Shown piece by piece: positions 49,303 through 58,200 of a stretch of DNA of 64,000 bases. The translations under genes and the position numbers were made by a program. The notes beneath the pieces were generated by a model. That model ran no database searches. It saw only the letters and a list, made by a program, of their open reading frames with translations, and was not told the origin of the DNA. Origin of the DNA: Bacteroidales bacterium UBA5235 (lineage in GTDB: Bacteria; Bacteroidota; Bacteroidia; Bacteroidales; VadinHA17); NCBI GenBank assembly GCA_002409145.1, contig DHUL01000090.1, forward strand, positions 67,604 to 131,603, read 5' to 3'. Each line of letters opens with the position of its first letter. Position 1 is the first letter of the stretch.

Positions 49303-49455
49303 TTATTTTAACGTTTCCCCGGTATCATAAAAATCATTCTAGGCTGACTGTTAGTTTTAAAACAGTATTTTCGCCTATCAGCAGAGGAGCAGTTACCGGT
49401 TTCACGCTTCCGCCGCTGATCCGAACCAGAACGAACAGCAAATCAATACTATAGC

Positions 49456-51693
49456 ATGGCAACACGCAGGCAATTCATCAGGATCTCAGCGATGGGGACT
49501 GGGGCTGTCATGGCCGGTGCCGCGGGTCTAAAACTCTTTGGCTCCGGCATCACTGAAGGTCAGAAGGCCACCTTTACAGCCCTTACCGGCCGTACCCCCA
49601 CATACTGTGAGGTATGTTTCTGGAAATGTGCAGGCTGGGTTTATAAGGATGAGAATGGATCAATAAAGAAGATCATCGGCAATGCTGAGGACCAGAACTG
49701 CAACGGCCGTCTCTGTCCTCGCGGCACCGGCGGAGTGGGTATGTACCACGATGATGACCGCCTGCGCAGACCCCTGATACGCACCGAGGAGCGCGGCAAA
49801 CAGAGCTTCCGTGAAGCGACATGGGAAGAGGCCTTTGACTACATTGCCGAAAAAATAAAGGTTATCTCTGCAGAACATGGGCCGGAGTGCATTGCCCTCT
49901 TCACCCACGGATCAGGAGGAAAGTATTTCTCAACCCTTCTGCGCGCCCTCGGATCACCCCATATTGCAGCACCATCCTACGCGCAGTGCCGCGGACCGCG
50001 CGAGGTAGCCTTCCAGGCTACCTTCGGAGAGGCCCTTGACAGCCCCGAACCTCTTGATATCCGTGACACCAGGTGCCTTGTCCTGATAGGAAGCCATCTT
50101 GGAGAGAACATGCATAATGGACAGGTGCAGGAGATGTCTGACGCGATAGACAAAGGGGCAACCATCATTACCGTCGACCCCCGCTTCTCCACAGCCGCAG
50201 GCAAGTCAAAATACTGGCTTCCGATAAAACCCGCCACCGACCTTGCCCTGCTGCTGGCATGGATCAACGTCATCATCTCTGAGGAGCTCTATGACAAACC
50301 ATATGTTGAGAAATATACATACGGCTTTGAATACCTGAAGGAGCATGTCAAAAACATGACCCCTGAATGGGCCTATGGAATTACCACCATTGATCCCACA
50401 GTCATTCGTGAGACCGCCCGTGAGATGGCAAATGCAGCACCTGCAGTGATAGTTCACCCGGGCCGTCATGTGACCTGGTACGGTGATGACACCCAGCGGC
50501 TGAGAGCGGTGGCAATACTCAATGCCCTGCTTGGCTCATGGGGCAGAAGGGGTGGCTTCTTCCGCACAGAGACTTTCGAACTGCCTGAGCCGCCTCATCC
50601 TGCCTATCCCACGCCAAAGAGAACCTGGAGGACGGAGTTTCCGGATCTTTACAAGCTTGCTGACACGGTCCTGGCCAACGGCGTATGTGATGCCACAGTC
50701 CCGGACCCGAGTCGTAACTGCAAGTTCCAGGCATGGATAGTCAACGGCACAAACCTGATGGAGACCCTCCCCAACCAGGAGAACACCCTAAAGGCCATTC
50801 AGGCTCTGCAGCTCCTCGTGGTGATAGACACCATGCCCATGGAAATCACAGGATGGGCCGATGTGGTTCTGCCTGAGTGCACTTACCTCGAGAGATATGA
50901 TGATCTGAGAGTGGGCCCGCACCGTAAACCGCAGATTGCCCTCAGGGCTCCAGCCGCCGAACCCATGTACGATACCAAACCGGCATTCTATATGGCCAGG
51001 GAGCTTGCAAAAAGGCTGGGGGTGATTGAATATTTCCCCTTTGAGAAGATTGAAGATCAGCTCGACTGGCAGCTGAAACAGGCGGGAAGCAGCCTCGAGG
51101 AGATGAAAAGAATAGGGGTCAAGACCTTTGACCGCACAGCCGATAACCTATTCTTCTTTCCTGACGAAGAAGTTGAGTTTTATACTGCCACCGGGAAAAT
51201 AGAGCTCTACTCAACCGCGCTGGAAGGAGCCGGCTTCGACCCGATGCCCAGGTATACGGTTCACGAGGAGCCGCCGGCCGGTTACTACCGCCTCAATTAC
51301 GGAAGGGCTCCGATGCATACCTTCAGCCGCACTGCAAATAACCCGAACCTCACTGACCTTATGGATGAAAACAGCGTATGGGTAAATCCACGTGTTGCAA
51401 AAGAGTGGGGACTGAGCACCGGGCAGTATGTTCACCTGGTAAACCAGGATGGCAAAAAGTCTGAGTTTCCGATTAAGGTCAGGGTGACAGAGCGAATCCG
51501 GTGGGATTCGGTATACATGGTTCACGGATTCGGACATCAGGAGAAGAAACTGCGCCGTTCTTACGGGAAAGGGGCCAGCGACACAAACCTGATCACAAAG
51601 GTGCTTGTTGATCCCGTAATGGGGGGCACGGGCATGCGTGGCAACTTTGTGACCTTTATCACTGACCTGGCAGGAGAGGAGGTGGTATCATGA
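49456..51693 (+). CDS. Tat-exported molybdopterin oxidoreductase catalytic subunit (PsrA/PhsA-like; substrate not determinable)
   Basis: It has the twin-arginine signal MATRRQFIRISAMGTGAV and the N-terminal FeS motif CEVCFWKC...C...C. At 745 aa, it is followed by FeS and NrfD subunit genes. Confidence 0.8.
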   Translation: MATRRQFIRISAMGTGAVMAGAAGLKLFGSGITEGQKATFTALTGRTPTYCEVCFWKCAGWVYKDENGSIKKIIGNAEDQNCNGRLCPRGTGGVGMYHDDDRLRRPLIRTEERGKQSFREATWEEAFDYIAEKIKVISAEHGPECIALFTHGSGGKYFSTLLRALGSPHIAAPSYAQCRGPREVAFQATFGEALDSPEPLDIRDTRCLVLIGSHLGENMHNGQVQEMSDAIDKGATIITVDPRFSTAAGKSKYWLPIKPATDLALLLAWINVIISEELYDKPYVEKYTYGFEYLKEHVKNMTPEWAYGITTIDPTVIRETAREMANAAPAVIVHPGRHVTWYGDDTQRLRAVAILNALLGSWGRRGGFFRTETFELPEPPHPAYPTPKRTWRTEFPDLYKLADTVLANGVCDATVPDPSRNCKFQAWIVNGTNLMETLPNQENTLKAIQALQLLVVIDTMPMEITGWADVVLPECTYLERYDDLRVGPHRKPQIALRAPAAEPMYDTKPAFYMARELAKRLGVIEYFPFEKIEDQLDWQLKQAGSSLEEMKRIGVKTFDRTADNLFFFPDEEVEFYTATGKIELYSTALEGAGFDPMPRYTVHEEPPAGYYRLNYGRAPMHTFSRTANNPNLTDLMDENSVWVNPRVAKEWGLSTGQYVHLVNQDGKKSEFPIKVRVTERIRWDSVYMVHGFGHQEKKLRRSYGKGASDTNLITKVLVDPVMGGTGMRGNFVTFITDLAGEEVVS

Positions 51694-52223
51694 GATACGC
51701 AATGGCTGTTGACACCAAAAAGTGTGTCGGATGCAGCGACTGTGTCGTGGCATGCCAGACCGAGAACAATGTGCCGATAGGATACTGCCGTGACTGGGTG
51801 GTTGAGGTAATGGACGGCACCTACCCCCGGCTTGAGATTGAGCTTAGGTCGGAAAGGTGCAATCACTGCGAAAATGCGCCCTGTGTGAGGTGTTGCCCCA
51901 CAGGTGCAAGTCATATAGTTGACGGGGGGATCGTATTGGTCAAACCGAACAAGTGCATTGGTTGCGGAGCGTGCATTGCTTCATGTCCATATGATGCCCG
52001 CTACCCGCATCCGAAGGGTTATGTTGACAAATGTACCTTCTGTGTTCACAGGGTCAGCCAGGGGATGAAACCGGCGTGTGTTTCTGTATGCCCCACAAAG
52101 TGTATGTACTTTGGTGACCTCGATGATCCCAACAGCGATGTGAGCATGGTGCTCAAAAAGCGAAAGTACAAGACCCTCATACCCGAGGCAGGAACGAAAC
52201 CCCATCTCTATTTCCTAATCTGA
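51690..52223 (+). CDS. 4Fe-4S dicluster electron-transfer subunit (PsrB/PhsB-like)
   Basis: 177 aa with multiple CxxCxxCxxxC motifs (CVGCSDCVVAC, CNHCENAPC, CIGCGACIASC). Its start overlaps the upstream stop. Confidence 0.85.
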   Translation: MRYAMAVDTKKCVGCSDCVVACQTENNVPIGYCRDWVVEVMDGTYPRLEIELRSERCNHCENAPCVRCCPTGASHIVDGGIVLVKPNKCIGCGACIASCPYDARYPHPKGYVDKCTFCVHRVSQGMKPACVSVCPTKCMYFGDLDDPNSDVSMVLKKRKYKTLIPEAGTKPHLYFLI

Positions 52224-52230
52224 CCGGACT

Positions 52231-53172
52231 ATGAACGAAGAACTGATTATCAGCGGACGTGACAATCTGATGGTTGACCCTCACCTGCATATCTGGCACT
52301 GGCCGATACCCCTGTACCTCTTCCTCGGAGGTCTTGCAGCCGGTGTGCTCTTCTTTGCAGCTCTCTATTACCTGATGGGGAAGGAAAATGAATACCGCTC
52401 TGCCGTGCGCCGGGTACCGTTCATTGCTCCGATAGCCCTGGTACTGGGCCTGGCAGCACTCTTCTATGACCTGCGGCACAAGGCTTTCTTCTGGCAGCTG
52501 TACACCACTATAAGGCTTGAATCTCCCATGTCATGGGGCGCCTGGACTCTGCTGGTGATAACCACTGCATCATTCATCTGGTGCGCTCTCCATATCAGGG
52601 AATATTTTCCCGGCTGGGACTGGAAATACAACTGGCTGAAGGAGCTGGAGACCTTCTTCAATAAGTACAAAAAACAGCTTGCCTGGGTGATACTTATCTT
52701 TGCCATCATCACCGGGGTCTATACCGGGATCCTGCTCTCGGCATTCAATGCCAGGCCGCTGTGGAACACATCGGTACTCGGTCCTCTCTTCCTGGCATCA
52801 GGACTCTCAGCCGGTGCTGCAGCAATAGTACTGATGTCCAAAAACAGGGAGGAGAGGCTGCTGTTCACAAAGATAGACCTCATAATACTCGGGGTGGAGC
52901 TCTTCCTGATAGTTCACATGTTCATGGGCTTCCTGGCAAGCACCCAGGTTCAGATAGAGGCGGCCGGGCTCTTCCTTGGCGGGCCTTATACGATGGTGTT
53001 CTGGATCTTTGTGGTGATACTGGGGATAATCATTCCCGGCGTTCTGGACCTCATGGAACTTCGCGGAAAACATATTCCTGCTCTGATGCCGGGCGTGCTG
53101 GTACTGCTGGGCAGTCTGATGTTCAGGTTCATCTTTGTCTTTGCCGGCCAGGTGAGCCGCTGGTTATACTGA
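52231..53172 (+). CDS. NrfD/PsrC family membrane quinol-interacting subunit
   Basis: 313 aa with about 8 TM segments and the N-terminal motif HWPIPLYLFLGGLAAG, typical of NrfD-type subunits. Confidence 0.8.
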   Translation: MNEELIISGRDNLMVDPHLHIWHWPIPLYLFLGGLAAGVLFFAALYYLMGKENEYRSAVRRVPFIAPIALVLGLAALFYDLRHKAFFWQLYTTIRLESPMSWGAWTLLVITTASFIWCALHIREYFPGWDWKYNWLKELETFFNKYKKQLAWVILIFAIITGVYTGILLSAFNARPLWNTSVLGPLFLASGLSAGAAAIVLMSKNREERLLFTKIDLIILGVELFLIVHMFMGFLASTQVQIEAAGLFLGGPYTMVFWIFVVILGIIIPGVLDLMELRGKHIPALMPGVLVLLGSLMFRFIFVFAGQVSRWLY

Positions 53173-53194
53173 TCACAATAAAATTCAACATAAA

Positions 53195-53731
53195 ATGAGC
53201 AACAATACAACAAATGAGAGGAGCAGGAGATACCTGAACCCTTACCTGGGCGGTGTGCTGCTGGGCCTCGTACTGCTTGCCGCCAACTTTGTCTCAGGCA
53301 GGGGTCTGGGTGCCAGCGGTGCCGTCAAGAGCGTTGTGGCAACAACCATCGAAGCGGTTGATAAGGATGCATCGGAAACCATGCCCTTTATGAAAGAGTA
53401 TGCCGGATCACACAGCGGCAGCCCGATAAAGTCATGGCTGGTGTTTGAAATGCTGGGCGTCCTGGTAGGTGGATTTCTGTCCGGTGCTGTTGCCGGCAGA
53501 TTGAAACTGAAGGTGGAACATTCACCGAAAATCACTTCCCGCCGAAGACTGATATTCGCCCTGGCTGGCGGAACGCTCTTCGGCTTCGGTTCACAGCTCG
53601 GCCGGGGCTGCACCAGCGGCTCAGCCCTTAGCGGGATGGGTGTACTCTCACTCGGCGGATTCGTGACAATGATGGCCATCTTCGGCACTGCCTTCGCACT
53701 GGCATATTTCTTCAGGAAACTATGGATTTAA
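53195..53731 (+). CDS. YeeE/YedE family sulfur-compound transport protein (half-size, part 1)
   Basis: 178 aa and multi-TM, with the conserved motif GRGCTSGSALSG. Confidence 0.75.
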   Translation: MSNNTTNERSRRYLNPYLGGVLLGLVLLAANFVSGRGLGASGAVKSVVATTIEAVDKDASETMPFMKEYAGSHSGSPIKSWLVFEMLGVLVGGFLSGAVAGRLKLKVEHSPKITSRRRLIFALAGGTLFGFGSQLGRGCTSGSALSGMGVLSLGGFVTMMAIFGTAFALAYFFRKLWI

Positions 53732-53746
53732 TAAAAGGAGGAAAAA

Positions 53747-54337
53747 ATGGGACCACTGGCACCAAATGAAATAATATCGGAGAACACCAACTTTCTCCTT
53801 GCATTCTTCATCGGCATCGCATTCGGCTGGGTACTCGAGAGCTCCGGCTTCTCATCGAGCCGCAAGCTGGCAGGCATCTTCTACGGATATGATGCTGTCG
53901 TTCTGAAGGTCTTCTTCACCGGAGCCATCACCTGCATGCTCGGATTGCTCTTCATGAGCCTGTTCGGCTGGGTTGACCTTGATCTTATCTATGTCAACCC
54001 GACATATCTCACCTCTGCCATTATAGGCGGAGTGGTTATGGGAGCAGGTTTCATAATGGGCGGATTCTGCCCGGGCACCAGCTTCTGCGGCGCCGCAATA
54101 GGGAAGATTGACGGGATGGTGTTTGTTGCAGGGCTCTTCCTGGGCGTCTACGGATTTGCATTCACCTATCCATTGTGGGAGAAGATGTACATGGCAAAAT
54201 ACCTTGGCGAACCAAAGGTCAGTGAGAAGCTTGGCATGTCTGACGGGCTCTTCGGCCTGCTGATGATTTTGGCCGCCATCGGGATGTTTATGGTTGCCGA
54301 ATGGGCTGAAAGAAAGTTCCCGAGGGAGGAATACTAG
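53747..54337 (+). CDS. YeeE/YedE family sulfur-compound transport protein (half-size, part 2)
   Basis: 196 aa and multi-TM, with the motif GGFCPGTSFCG. Confidence 0.75.
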   Translation: MGPLAPNEIISENTNFLLAFFIGIAFGWVLESSGFSSSRKLAGIFYGYDAVVLKVFFTGAITCMLGLLFMSLFGWVDLDLIYVNPTYLTSAIIGGVVMGAGFIMGGFCPGTSFCGAAIGKIDGMVFVAGLFLGVYGFAFTYPLWEKMYMAKYLGEPKVSEKLGMSDGLFGLLMILAAIGMFMVAEWAERKFPREEY

Positions 54338-54456
54338 AGCTGCCATGACGCTTTTCGGATCCGGTAAGTCAGGGTCCCGGAGCCAGCTTCGATATGCGAC
54401 CAGATGAACATTTTGTTTTATAAAAGGTTAAACATAAACAACAATAATATCAAAAA

Positions 54457-55080
54457 ATGAAACCGCTGAAATTGCTTGCGTTTTTTATTATCCCGCTGGG
54501 GATAATCATTGCCGCTGTGCCGCCTGACAGGGTCAGGCACTTCAGGCTGACAGCCGACGAGCTGCTGCAGGAAGCCGGGGCCGGAGTCCAGTTTGTTTCA
54601 CCTGATGCGGTGGCTGACATGCTTGTGCAGAAAGACCCCTCACTGAGACTCATTGACGTGCGCACACCTGAAGAGTATGATTCATTTCATATGGAGAACG
54701 CCATCAACATACCGCTGAGCAGTCTTCTGTCAGATGAGTATACTGATATCCTTAACCAGGATGCCTACATGAATATCTTCTATTCAAACGGCTCGGTTTA
54801 TGCGAACCAGGCATGGATGATCACCAGGCAGCTCGGTTATGAGAATAATTTCGTGCTCGAGGGGGGATTAAATTACTGGTTTGGAAACATTCTGTCGCCG
54901 CAGGCGCCGTCGCAAACCAGCCCCAATGAGGAGTTTGCGAAGTACGACTTCCGCAAGAGCGCTGCTGCCGCACTGGGTGGAGGGAACATTGTAACCACAG
55001 AGGGAAGCGCAACGGCTGTCAGGGCTGCCAAACCCCCCGTGACGTCAAAGGCGAAGAAGAAGCCTTCGGGAGGGTGCTGA
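54457..55080 (+). CDS. Membrane-anchored or exported rhodanese-like domain protein lacking the canonical catalytic Cys
   Basis: It has an N-terminal hydrophobic anchor and rhodanese landmarks (LIDVRTPEEYDSFHMENAINIPL, LEGGLNYW). The active-site position reads FYSNGS, with Ser where Cys is expected. A lysine-rich tail ends in GGC. Confidence 0.7.
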   Translation: MKPLKLLAFFIIPLGIIIAAVPPDRVRHFRLTADELLQEAGAGVQFVSPDAVADMLVQKDPSLRLIDVRTPEEYDSFHMENAINIPLSSLLSDEYTDILNQDAYMNIFYSNGSVYANQAWMITRQLGYENNFVLEGGLNYWFGNILSPQAPSQTSPNEEFAKYDFRKSAAAALGGGNIVTTEGSATAVRAAKPPVTSKAKKKPSGGC

Positions 55081-55083
55081 TTT

Positions 55084-55114
55084 TTTGCGATAACCGAAAA
55101 ATAATTTACATTTG
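55084..55114 (+). promoter_or_regulatory. Bacteroidota-type promoter for tRNA-Arg
   Basis: TTTG at 55084-55087 lies 19 nt upstream of TACATTTG at 55107-55114, an exact TAnnTTTG match. The tRNA starts 16 nt downstream. Confidence 0.55.
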
Positions 55115-55129
55115 CGCCTGCAAAGAGGC

Positions 55130-55201
55130 GGCCCTATAGTTCAATGGATAGAACGCGGGTTTCCTAAACCTGAAATCCAGGTTCGATTCCTGGTGGGGCT
55201 A
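55130..55201 (+). tRNA. tRNA-Arg (anticodon CCT)
   Basis: I folded the cloverleaf by hand. The acceptor stem is GGCCCTA/TGGGGCT with two G-U pairs, and the D stem is GTTC/GAAC. The anticodon stem CGGGT/ACCTG carries the loop TTCCTAA. The T arm is CCAGG-TTCGATT-CCTGG. The discriminator is A and no CCA is encoded. Confidence 0.85.
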
Positions 55202-55223
55202 CTGAGACTGAGCGGGAGTGAGC

Positions 55224-55249
55224 GCGGGAGTGACATTCCCGCTTTTTTT
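55224..55249 (+). terminator. Rho-independent terminator after tRNA-Arg
   Basis: A GCGGGA / TCCCGC stem with a 7-nt loop is followed by TTTTTTT (55243-55249). Confidence 0.75.
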
Positions 55250-55266
55250 CCCCCCGCACATCAGTT

Positions 55267-58200
55267 TTAATCCCTGGCTACAATTATTTTTGACGCAAAT
55301 AAACGCTCACCAACCCTGATCCGGAGGATGTATAACCCGGGTGTCAGCTTCTGTACATTAAACTCCCTGTAAAGATGAGTTGTTTCACCGGCCTCGTTCA
55401 TCCAGATAAGCTGACTGGCGGGGTTATATAGCTCGAGCCTTATATGTTCCGGTTGTTCCGGAATTGCCGTTATATACAGTATATCGGACACCGGATTCGG
55501 GAAAATCTTTACCGTTCCCGGGAATGCATTCAGATCTTCAATTCCGACTGATGACCGGACAACCACAGTATCAGCTGCCGTGCATCCGTGCAGATCGGTC
55601 ACTCTCACCCAGTATCTTCCCCACTGTGTAACACTGTAGCTGCTGAGAACCGAATTATCCTGCCACAGGTATGAAGCAAATCCTGTGCCTGCATCAAGAG
55701 TGACGGGCAGGGAAGAAATCCTGATTGTATCCAATCCCTGGCCTATATCAACGACAGGTACCCCCCACACGTTGATATTGCTGGTTATACTGTTGTTAAG
55801 AGCATTCCGGTCAGGATCCCAGGCGACTGACACACTGAGGTCATAGGTTGCCGGAGCAGAGAAATCATATTTAGAGGAGAAAGTCACAGTAATTGAACTG
55901 TCTGGCATAATCTTATCAGCCAGTGTAATGTTCTCAGAAGCGGGGGATCCACCGTTGACTTCATAGGAGAGAGCCAGAATGCTTCCGGCAGCGATGCGGT
56001 AAAATCCCTTGTTCATTATCTCCACTGAGACATTTGTGTTTCCTGGAAGGACGCATGACGATACCGGTGATTTAATTGAGGAGACTGAAATATCCGGAAG
56101 GTCAAAGACCACATAAACACTGTCATGTGTGACACAACCGTTGTCACCGGTGACTGCAACAGAGTACAAACCTCTTCCGGGCTCACCAACAGTGAAGTCT
56201 GCAGAATTACTCCCATCCTGCCACATGTAGGAGGCATATCCGGGTGTTGCTGACAGAACAACAGGATTCAGTGACAGTATTGTGTCCCGGCCATTTCCTA
56301 TATCAATAAGCGGACTACCCAGCACATCAACATCAATCGTAAGGGTGTCATTGGAAGGGATCAGGTCTGAGGAATATACAGTTGATGCTGAAATTGTATA
56401 CCGGTCAGGTATGCTGAAATCCTCACCCTGTGTAAAAATATGTTCTATAACCGTGCCGTGTTCAAACAGCGCCCCTGGTGTTATGATCTCGGAGACAGCG
56501 GGTCGTCCGTTGAGTGAATATGATACGGTGATTGAAGTCCCCGGATCTATGTCCCAGTTACCAAAGTTCCTGATGGCGACCTTAATATGTTCGTCATTCC
56601 CCAGGGAGCAGGTGGTGGAAGGGTGAATAATTTCAGTTATGCCGACATCTGGAACTGCAAGTATCACCTGAACAGTTTCAAAGCCGGTACATCCATTGGC
56701 ATCGGTCACGGTAACGCTGCAGACAGTTATACCCGGGGTATTGACAGTAAAGGTCCGGCCAGTGCTTCCGTCATGCCACAGGTACGAACTGAACCCGGGG
56801 CCTGCATCGAGTGTATACTCAAAACCGTGTACAACCTGGTAGTCATCACCAAGATCTACAACCGGGGTTGCAAAAATTCCCACCGGCATGAGTATTGTAT
56901 CATTTTCCGGCTTCATGTCTCCGGTAACTGATGCAAAAACTGCAAAATCATACCATTGACCCGCGGCTACAGCTGTCTTCTGTACAAATGTTATATCAAG
57001 GCTGTCACCCGGGAAGAAGTCGCTGTTGAGGGTGTGCGGTTCAATTATGTCCGTACCGTTGTCGACCTTGTATCCGGTTGTAATTGTTTTGCCGGCTGTT
57101 ATAGTGATATTGCCCCTGTTTATCAGCCTCATAGATACTGTTATATTGTCCGATAATCCGCAGGATGTTTCAGGTGAAAGTATCCGGGCAATCCTGATGT
57201 CGGTCACATTCAGAATAACATTGACAGTGTCAGATGAAATGCATCCATGTTCATCGCTTACAGTAACATAGTATTGTCCTGACCCTGGTTCAGTGACAAC
57301 AAAGTTGTCTGATGCGGAATCATCCTGCCAGAGGTAACTGGAATATCCGGCTGGTGCAGCAAGAGGATATTCCGTTGCTGTAAGGATAATATCTGGTCCG
57401 AGATCCACCGGAGGATATCCGAATACTTCGAGGTCATAATTCAGGGTATCGTTGAGGTGATGTGTATCATCCTGGTAACGGGTAAATAGTTTGAGGTTAT
57501 ATGTTCCCGGCATGGAGAGATCAGCAGTAGTTGAAAATGTATAACTGACAGATGCCCCTGGTACAATCCTGGCCGGAACAAGCAGGGTGTCGCGCAGTAA
57601 CGCGCTGTTTATATTGCGATAAACAAATACTGTATCACCCACTTCGACTGTGTCAGTTCCGAAATTTGTTATTTCAGCAATGACCGGGGTATCAGAGCCA
57701 AGCTCACATGCGGAAAGGGGAGCGATCAGCCGGCTGATCCCGACATCAGCAATCAGGGCAGTAATCCTGATTGTGTCAGATGCTGTACAGCCGAAACTGT
57801 TTGTTACCCTGACCCAATATTTTCCCTGTGCCGGCACATGGAATAAAGAGTCTGTTGAGTTATCCTGCCACAGGTAGTTTTGTCCCGAGGTTCCGGAATA
57901 AGCTCTGAGTGTCACGGTATCCGGCCGGACAGTTGACAGGTCGTTTCCAAGATTCACAAACGGCTTATGGACCTGAATCAGTTTCTGAACGGTGTCATTT
58001 GATACCGCCCTGTAGAAGAAAGGATCGGGTTCTATGGCATAAACCGTTGTCAGGTAATCACCGCTTGCGCTAAAGTCAAATTGCCGGGTCAAATTGAAAT
58101 CCCTGGTCTCACCTGCAGCCAGTGGCTGTGAGAGGAAGATAGTTTCCTCGGCCAGTTCAATTTCTCCTGACCGGTCAATGTGATATCCAATTCGTATAGA

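Noticed and set aside
49303-49455. The 153-nt leader upstream of the molybdopterin reductase as a possible Moco riboswitch. It contains a small dyad ACTGTT..AACAGT (49347-49366) and an ATCAGC/GCTGAT hairpin.
   Set aside because: I cannot recognise the conserved Moco-motif core by eye and the stems are short. A covariance-model scan (Rfam Moco_RNA_motif) would be needed, so I make no claim.
49456-51693. Possible selenocysteine (in-frame UGA) in the molybdopterin enzyme, given selU in the window.
   Set aside because: The ORF is continuous from the Tat signal to the stop, with no internal UGA to recode.
55130-55201. tRNA-Arg as the attachment site of an integrated element carrying the adhesin genes.
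   Set aside because: No integrase, excisionase or transposase was found. I found no direct repeat of the tRNA 3' end downstream within the window. The flanking genes look like ordinary chromosomal genes.
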